DNA of 62,608 nucleotides, counting the filler. It is 11 parts of 11 records of this genome, joined end to end, with 100 filler letters (N's around TTAATTAATTAA, not from the genome) between each part and the next. Parts side by side here need not be neighbours in the genome. Positions count along the whole stretch, not along the records: positions 21,082 to 26,273 come from SRR15195285_4267; positions 26,374 to 32,510 come from SRR15195285_4270; 9 more parts are not named here. The stretch is one strand, 5' to 3'. The notes beneath the pieces are model-generated. The model worked only from the letters and a program-made list of their open reading frames with translations, made no database searches and was not told the origin of the DNA. A program made the translations under genes and the position numbers. This document shows, piece after piece, positions 21,711-29,600 of the stretch (position 1 is the first letter of the stretch; the number at the start of each line of letters is the position of its first letter).

Positions 21711-24700
21711 ATGGAACGACTCGACCCGAGCCCGCTCCCGAGAGACGAACCCGACCGTGACGGACCCCGCGAGCCCCTCATGTCAATACCGAGCTCGCCG
21801 CCGTCCGCCCCGGAGCCGCAGCCCGCGTCGGAGCCGCCTGACGAATTTGCGAAGCAGCTTACAGACTATATGATGGCGCAAGACCCGCCGATAAACCAGA
21901 CGCAGCTTGCGGCACAGCTGGGTGTGACCCCTGGCGCCCTGTCCAAATGGGTATTGGGACAGAGGAAGTGCAAGAGTCAGGCAACCATTCTGCGCACGCT
22001 GGGACTTGGGCCGCCTAAAGTGTTTGCGGAGCAGCTTACAGACCATATGGCGGCGGTGCAAGACCCGCCGATGAAGCCGCGTGGAGCTGCGATGAAGCCG
22101 CGTGGAGCGCGATCCTACCGATCCTCATACTGCAAGGTAGCCAACTGCGAGAAGGAAGCAGCGTGGCATCTCTTGACACCCGAGTTGTGCTATAAGAAGA
22201 CGCTGTGCAGCGACTGTGGCCGGAAGCGTCAGCTAGGTTCTGGGGACGCGTGCTCTCGAGCGACTTGGCAAGCTGCCGAGAGAAGGTGCGGGATCGACAC
22301 TGCCGACAGAAGCACCTGGGCGAGAGACGATCCTCGACGGACTGAGATATGGCAAGCAGCTCTCCCACTCGCCCGGTTGAGCGCACAGCGCGAAGCAGGG
22401 CGCTGGAACAAGGCATCAGCGGCGCCACCGAAGGCAGACCCAGGTCTACCGTTGGCCACAACAGCAGCGCCGTTGCCAAGAGGCGGGGCGCGTTCCGCGC
22501 GCGCTGTGTCTGCTCCTGGCGGCCCTGTGACCTCGCCCGCAAAAGTCGAAGAAGATGATTCTTCCGCATGCTTCGATGAACGGCCCGAGCCGTCGTGGGA
22601 TTCGTCCTCAAGCGATCAAGGCGCTGATGCCGTGCCCGCGTCGCCGTGGGGATGGCTCTCTGTGGATAGCGAAATCCATGATTCGTGGGATTGGTCCTCA
22701 AGCGATGAAGACGCCGATGGGTGGCGCTCTACCGATAGCGAAAACCAAGATTCGTCCCCTTTGTGGAACGAAGATTTGTTAACGAACTCGTGGACGTGGG
22801 CCTCTAGGGATTGCGTCACTGGCGATAGCAAAATCACTGGCGATAGCAAAAACGACAGCCCTAGCTCTGGCGACATCCAGACTGATTTTTTCTCGCATAG
22901 CGGGGACTTCAATTCGGAGGCCCTCACCACCTCATCACCTGAATCGGTAGCCACGTGTTCTATCACTCCAGATGATGAGCGTGCAAGTACCGCAAGTCTG
23001 CTTGACTCCGCCGTAGCACAGGCTGTCATCAACGGAGCCGACCCTTCCCGGCCGCTTGAGATTGCTGATGTCCTGGCGTTGTTACGTCACCCTTGCTGGG
23101 CAGGCGGTCCTCCACCCAAGCGACCACCGCAACTGCCTGAAGACCCGGCAGATCGAGCGCTGCTGTTCCGAGAGCCACGTTCCTTGGGACGTGGCACGAA
23201 TGGTGGAGCGTTGGATCAGTGGGAAACTTTTGAACGTAGCCGAGAAAAGATACTCCAGATCCCCGAAGCCATGCAGTTAACCAACGGACAAAATGTTGCT
23301 GTGTTGCGGCAAGGTCGCGTAATACGTACTGGCAGCCGTCAGCAACAGCTTCAATTTCGTCAGTGGAGCTTGGGGACATCGACGCGAGATGGAGCAGTGC
23401 TAGAGCCACCGAATGGCTCTGATAACCCAACTCTGTACCAGGTTTTCTGTGTGCCGACAGATCCAAAGCAGCAGCAGCAGTCGCAGCAGCGGCACCACCA
23501 GAACCAGAACCACAAGAGGAGGCAGAAGCAAAAGCAGAAGCGCGAGCAGCGGGAGCAGCAGCAGCAGCACCAGCACCAGAAGCAGCAGCATTGTCTTTCA
23601 GATCCCTTTGCACCTGCACATATCGATTTTCATCCACTTGACATGTGTCCGGGTGACAGAAAAACTCTTAAGGAGTCGCTCCTTGGAAAAGCTCCACCGA
23701 AAAGGCAGCGACTGATACCATTATCCTTGCATACCCAAGTGCTGGCGGTAGTCGGTTGCCTTACGGTGTTGGGCCTGATAGTTTTCCACGCCGCCGGTCG
23801 TGGCAACAGCTCGGACAGCACAACTGATACATTGCCTAGTGGAATAACATGCAGCCTCACAGCCGAGGGATTAGCGCACGGATTGCCCTCGTCCATTGAA
23901 GGCTGCAAACGTGTTTCACCGACGCAAAATGTTGCATGTAGCTTCAAGTGTGCGCCAGGGTATTTTCCTTCAGGCAGACTTACCTGCGGAGTTGGGGTGG
24001 GCCCTCTAGACGGCGGCGGTGCTTCTTGCCTCGCGTGTTCGCCTGGGAAGTTCTCGGACGGGAAGGATGAATGCGAGACGTGTGCTCTATGCCCTCAGGG
24101 CTACATGACGGTATCCTCGTGTACACTCAGCAATAATACCCGTTGCATGCGGTGGGCACAGCACCTGAATCTCGGCGCCGCGACCAACTCGTCGCACAGC
24201 TGGCACCTGCCTCAATTCACCAGTGTCTTGAGACCTTTGGCTACTCGGGGGCTGGTAGCATTTGGTGGTATCAGTCCCCCCAAAACTTATCGCACCTTCG
24301 ATGATGTGAAACCTAGTCTCCCGCCGACGTCGTTCTGCCCTATACAGGGGGCACGTACAAGCAGCGAACTCTGGATGGCGCGGTGTTCAGGGTTACATTT
24401 ATATGGCTGCCAGGATTGGGAAGAATGGCGCCTCTTTGGTGGCTACACTACTCGCGTTCATCTCGTGGCGCATACATCATTGGGCCAGCAAGGCTGGCCA
24501 AGCGCTCGCTCGTCTGCAGTCTCACTCAGTGTCCCCACACATGTGCAGCCGCATCCGCTTATTCCGAACACAACAGTCCGAGCGACAACTTTTGCAATCA
24601 TGTTCAGTGGAGCTTTTCCGCCGCCCTGCCTCACGTCGAACCTGGGTCCAACGGACATCGAGTTCTTGATGAATCCTTCTGACATGTGGTCCTTCGCATT

Positions 24701-26096
24701 TCGTGATGACAGCTCCGGCACGCCGGTACCAGCATGGAGTCGGTTCGGCGGGCACCAGTCTTGGAGAAAACACTCAGTGACTTCGTTCCAAAGCACGATG
24801 TCCGCCGGTTGCGAAACAGCTGACTCAATAGCTTCCCCAAATGAGGCAGTGAAATGGCCACTCGGGCGCCACGACTCACATATGTGGCTTGTTCGAGGCA
24901 TGCTGTTGCTGTTCAGTGGCGCCACTGACATATTCATGCGAAATGCAGTTGATTGTACAGAACTGAACAAACAATTGTGCATGGTCAAAAGCACCTATCT
25001 GTTGTGCGACTGGTGGACCATGGACGTGCGCAAGTTCAAATGGATAGGGATAGCATCGCAAAGCAATAACACACACCAACCAGGACCGCGAGCCTATGGA
25101 GCCACGTGGACTAGCGACCCAGATCTTCCCACCGCGACTCCCTGGATATTTGGTGGCATTGGTTTAGTTGTTTCAAGCGGTGGAGCAGTGGCTGGCTCGG
25201 CCGTCGTAGCATCTACCGACACGCCACTGCAGACCCTCTGTGACTTGTGGCGTTTCGACGCGAACACAGAGCGGCCATGGCAGCTTATTGGCAGTTGCAG
25301 TGGCAATGCAATCGAGCTAGCTCGTCACGGTCTTGCACCGCGGGGCGTTAGCCCGCATGACATAATGCAAGGATCTGCATCTGTGTACGACTCGCCACTA
25401 ACCGACATGATGCTTTCGGCGGCAGTGCTCGCCGCAACGTGGACTGACAGTCATCATGACTTGTGGCTGTACGGTGGCGCGCGATGTGGCAGCAGTGGTG
25501 AGGTGGGAGTTGTGGACGCGACAGATTGTGCAGCAACGCTCGCAGAAGAGGGGAGACAGCGCCTGAGCTCTAAATTGCATTCCCCTTCCGATGCGTCGAA
25601 GCGCAGCTCTGATCCTCAGCTTGAGCTGCGGGTAGGCCAAGGGACAGTTGCGTGCTCTTCCGACCTATGGCGATTTGACATCCACCGGCTACGTTGGTCG
25701 TCTTACATGCATGCAGAGCTTGTGAGTGACTCGTCCACTGGAAACCTCGCAGGTTCGTGGCCGAAGGCTGCATGCGGTGCAACAACAGTGCCAGCCGTAG
25801 ACATGAAACTCCAGCACGAGGCCAATGACTACTTTGGGGTTATGGTCGGTGGTTGGTCGGGCAGCGCTTTTACGGGATGTGATGACGACGGTGTTGAGGA
25901 TGGCACTTTGCGTGGCGAAAGTAGCGCTGTACACGACGCCGTATGTTCCAACGGTGCCTGGTTTGTTGAAGAGATGAGCGACGACGACGCTCCGGGAGCC
26001 CCGCAAGGCCCAGGTCTCCCAGCAGGCCGTGGCAAGGGTGGTTGGGGTGGCGGCAGGGGTGGTAGGGGTGGCGACATGGCCAACGGGCAAGGGTGA
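21711..26096 (+). CDS. Single-pass membrane protein: N-terminal HTH/Zn/CG-1-like region, polyQ, NLS, TM, Cys-rich TNFR-like region, Kelch-type propeller
   Basis: 1461-aa ORF. HTH INQTQLAAQLGVTPGALSKW. TM VLAVVGCLTVLGLIVF (about 23739-23790). TNFR-like CSPGKFS..C..C..C..C....NTRC. Kelch-like P.R....W...FGG and DLWRFD repeats. Confidence 0.8.
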   Translation: MERLDPSPLPRDEPDRDGPREPLMSIPSSPPSAPEPQPASEPPDEFAKQLTDYMMAQDPPINQTQLAAQLGVTPGALSKWVLGQRKCKSQATILRTLGLGPPKVFAEQLTDHMAAVQDPPMKPRGAAMKPRGARSYRSSYCKVANCEKEAAWHLLTPELCYKKTLCSDCGRKRQLGSGDACSRATWQAAERRCGIDTADRSTWARDDPRRTEIWQAALPLARLSAQREAGRWNKASAAPPKADPGLPLATTAAPLPRGGARSARAVSAPGGPVTSPAKVEEDDSSACFDERPEPSWDSSSSDQGADAVPASPWGWLSVDSEIHDSWDWSSSDEDADGWRSTDSENQDSSPLWNEDLLTNSWTWASRDCVTGDSKITGDSKNDSPSSGDIQTDFFSHSGDFNSEALTTSSPESVATCSITPDDERASTASLLDSAVAQAVINGADPSRPLEIADVLALLRHPCWAGGPPPKRPPQLPEDPADRALLFREPRSLGRGTNGGALDQWETFERSREKILQIPEAMQLTNGQNVAVLRQGRVIRTGSRQQQLQFRQWSLGTSTRDGAVLEPPNGSDNPTLYQVFCVPTDPKQQQQSQQRHHQNQNHKRRQKQKQKREQREQQQQHQHQKQQHCLSDPFAPAHIDFHPLDMCPGDRKTLKESLLGKAPPKRQRLIPLSLHTQVLAVVGCLTVLGLIVFHAAGRGNSSDSTTDTLPSGITCSLTAEGLAHGLPSSIEGCKRVSPTQNVACSFKCAPGYFPSGRLTCGVGVGPLDGGGASCLACSPGKFSDGKDECETCALCPQGYMTVSSCTLSNNTRCMRWAQHLNLGAATNSSHSWHLPQFTSVLRPLATRGLVAFGGISPPKTYRTFDDVKPSLPPTSFCPIQGARTSSELWMARCSGLHLYGCQDWEEWRLFGGYTTRVHLVAHTSLGQQGWPSARSSAVSLSVPTHVQPHPLIPNTTVRATTFAIMFSGAFPPPCLTSNLGPTDIEFLMNPSDMWSFAFRDDSSGTPVPAWSRFGGHQSWRKHSVTSFQSTMSAGCETADSIASPNEAVKWPLGRHDSHMWLVRGMLLLFSGATDIFMRNAVDCTELNKQLCMVKSTYLLCDWWTMDVRKFKWIGIASQSNNTHQPGPRAYGATWTSDPDLPTATPWIFGGIGLVVSSGGAVAGSAVVASTDTPLQTLCDLWRFDANTERPWQLIGSCSGNAIELARHGLAPRGVSPHDIMQGSASVYDSPLTDMMLSAAVLAATWTDSHHDLWLYGGARCGSSGEVGVVDATDCAATLAEEGRQRLSSKLHSPSDASKRSSDPQLELRVGQGTVACSSDLWRFDIHRLRWSSYMHAELVSDSSTGNLAGSWPKAACGATTVPAVDMKLQHEANDYFGVMVGGWSGSAFTGCDDDGVEDGTLRGESSAVHDAVCSNGAWFVEEMSDDDAPGAPQGPGLPAGRGKGGWGGGRGGRGGDMANGQG
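23468..23590 (+). repeat. CAG-rich tract encoding a polyQ/basic low-complexity segment
   Basis: Encodes KQQQQSQQRHHQNQNHKRRQKQKQKREQREQQQQHQHQKQQH. Confidence 0.9.
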
Positions 26097-26655
26097 GGCT
26101 TAGCGTCTGCTTTGCGCTACGTTCGAGAGTACGCTGAAAGGAGCCATTTTGGAATGAAAACCAAGCTTCGCAAACAGCGTGCTTGACCGATTGGGTTGAA
26201 CACCCACTTCCGGTAGTTGGTATCGAGCAGATGCTGATTAGGAATAGTTAGATGTGTATTCACATCGTCGGTGNNNNNNNNNNNNNNNNNNNNNNNNNNN
26301 NNNNNNNNNNNNNNNNNTTAATTAATTAANNNNNNNNNNNNNNNNNNNNNNNNNNNNNNNNNNNNNNNNNNNNTTGAGCGTACACATACAATTGACTGGT
26401 GATATATATACCCGGGCTCGCCCTCAGGCCGCAGCTGCGTGCCTCCAGGCCTCCCTGATGGACAGCTGCTGCGCCAGGGAGTCCTCGCGCATGGCTGAGC
26501 GGACGGCGATTGCCGCCGCTGCCCGCTCCCCAGTTGAGTGAGGGCATTCCTGGCTGGACCAGGCGATGCGTGCGGGCTGCGAGCTGAGACAGGGATGTCT
26601 CGAGGGGTTGGAGTAGTGAGGCAGGAGGACTGCGGCGCGGCCGTGCAGAGAGAGG

Positions 26656-29600
26656 ATGGCTTCGCGGCGACGCTTCCGAGCCGGTCAGAGTCCCACCACC
26701 GCGCCGGAGATCGGCGAGATCACGCCGCATGAGGAGTCCACGTCAGGCGAGGAGGATGTTTTTGATGACGATCATTCGTGGGCGGCTGCTCTGAACTCCG
26801 ACGTTGAGGCGGAGCTATACCATGCGGTCGAGGCACTCGACGTGAACTCCAAGAGGCAACTGTTGCGACTGCTACAAAATGCTGAACACGAGATGGAGGA
26901 CCACAATGGAACGACTGTCGGCGAGTTCCTCGAAGAGGTCGGGGCGGATAAAAACCGTGAGTTCGAGCTGTTCGAAAAGAATCTGGAGAATCTGAAGAGC
27001 TTTGATCTACTGCTATTCCGAGGCAGCGACTTCGTGAGCGACTTCATTATCAAGCTGACGACTAAGCACCGGGGTGTCGATTTCTTCTCGCACGTGGGCA
27101 TCTGCCTCACCCCACCGCTGCTGCCGCGCGACGGCCACTATATGAAGCGCGGTAAATTCGAGGCAGCAGCCAAGGTCTTGCCTTTTGTACAGCTGAGACT
27201 CAAGCTTTGCGATGCGCAGTCTGGCGACCCCGCTATGCCGCATGACCTGTCGATCACTGTGCTCCAGTGTCGAGGTCTCCCGTCGCGCTTTGATGAGGGT
27301 GGTCTGAAGGAGGACCCGTACGTCCGCGTCAGCCTCACGCCGTACGACGACATCGAAAATCGGAGCTCAGTCACAACCACTTTCTTTCGCACCAAAACCG
27401 TGTGGCATGGTGGCCACAATCCACAGTTCGCTGCTCATCACAGTAACAACGGCGTGCTTCATCTCCCCGCTGCGCCGCATCCGCAACCCCCTCAGCTCCG
27501 CATCCAGGTCTGGGACGAAGATCGTCTATCACCAGATGAGTTGGTAGGCTTGCACAATCTCGACGTGGACAATCGGCTGCTACAGCAGATGGCTTCAACA
27601 ACAGGGACGACCCGGTGGTTACTGCTGGACGTGGTCGACAGTGTGACCGACGGCTCGATATATAGCAAGATTCAGCTGCCGAACTATCACAGACCGGAAG
27701 ATGTCACTCATCAAGAAGGGATCAAGCGAATAGCAACTGAAGACCACGAGCATGACCTTACGCTCGGCCCGGAGCGAAAACCGTCCTCGGAGAACTACAC
27801 GTCAGCAGCTGCGCGGCGTATGGCAAACTTTCTCAACGATCCGGCCGCTGCATTCGTGGCTACGCAGGCCGCAGTAGCGAACAGCGCTGCAGGTTTTCAC
27901 GGTCCGAACGCGTCGGGTGCTCGTGCTGCTTCACTAGTGGCTGGCGCTGAGTGTACGCCCGACTCGCGGAAGGGTGGTTCTGTAATACGTGGCAACGTCT
28001 TGATGGCACCAATGGGTTTGGACTACAAGGCTCTGTACGTGCATGAAAAGCAGCGCTCCCTTCCCTGGCAGGAGCGGTGCCTCGCTGCGATGTATACGTG
28101 GAAGTATTACGTTTTCCTGGTGTTTCTGGCGCTGCTCACTGTCTGCACATTCGAAGCAAAGAGCATGACGCTGACCGCGGCGGTCCATAAGCTGCTTTCG
28201 GATGATATGAACAGGAGGATTGGTCTGAGCGGAACGCTGCGGCCGTTTGGCTGGGAGTGGCTTTGGCAACATCCGGTGTGGGTGGAAGTTGCAGATTGGT
28301 CACTGCTCTGCTTTTTGGTGCTGGAGTGCATAACCCGTGTGCTTTGCCTAGGAATTGTAGCATTTTCATCCAGCTGGAACAACGTCACGGACATATCGTT
28401 TGTTGCAATTGACGCCGTGCTGTCAATATTCGAATACGTGATCTGGGCAGAGCTAGGCCATAGAGACTACAGGAACGGAGGTGTCGTTTCAATCACAAAC
28501 GAGGCTGGGGAGTCGCATGGAATGGCGAACACGACCCGAGTGTGGCACGTGTGGGATACTAGCGAGGAGGTCGTCCATACATTGGAGAACCATGAGCGCT
28601 GGATGTGGTGGGAGCAAACGCCAATGAAGTTCATGGTGGTGGTTATCATGCGGAACCTCAAGCTGGTGCGCCTACTGCCACGCCTACTTGCTCTGCGGAA
28701 GAAAGTAAGAAGACAGCGTAAGGGGTCCAAATGGGGGCTTCACGAGGTTATAGCGAGACGGACCAACCGTGGCATCGAAATTTCTTGGGCGAACGTGCTG
28801 TACATGCAAGGGCAAGAAGAAGATCAGGAGATATCGGCATACACTCGTGGGCCGCTGCTGATAGGTATCGATCCTTCATCGCCTGCGCGACCCGCGACAG
28901 TGTTGGACAAGTTTACACACATTGATCACCTTCAGAGCAGGTCAGACTACTGCTTCAAGGTGCCAGCTGTGTCTGTCCCAGACGACTCTGAGGCCCCGGG
29001 TGCGGCCGCCAAGGGCGTCTGTGGTTGTCGAATCTCTTCCAAAAAAAGCACATCACCGATGGCAGGATCGAGAACAAATCGCTTCGTTGGTTATCTGCAG
29101 TTTGATGCAGAGAAGAAAGACGTACGCGACGCATGGATTGAAGCGCTCAACGCTGAATTTGCACGATTTCTGGAAGACCAACCGTCCTCTGTGCTTGCGA
29201 TTGAGGTGCGACAGGAGCAAGCGGAGTTACGGCGGCTGGCCATGGCGGCGGTAACGACGGTGCGGCTCTCACTGCGGCTCCAGATGAACAGGTCGGGACC
29301 ACAAAAGGGCCGAAACTTCTCTGTGTTCTTCGAGGAGTTTGCAAACACTCACGGCATTAAAGGTGCGTCCGGCCGCCAGCACAACCTCTCTGGAGACCTC
29401 GGCAGGCTTGCCGACAGGGCTACGACAGCCGCTGCAAATCAAGAGCTCAGCTCCCATCAATTTTCAGTATTGGATCGCGACACTGATGGTGTTGACGATC
29501 CGGCCGTATCGCCATCCCGCATTCGTGATTTGCGGACCACTTCCAAGGTTGAGAAGAATGAGGTCAAGCTGAAGGAGCACTACAGCGATGGTAGCCCTGT

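Noticed and set aside
21846-22007. XRE-like HTH as a sign of prophage or bacterial contamination
   Set aside because: It is in frame within a eukaryote-style ORF with polyQ, TM and Cys-rich ectodomain; no phage genes nearby.
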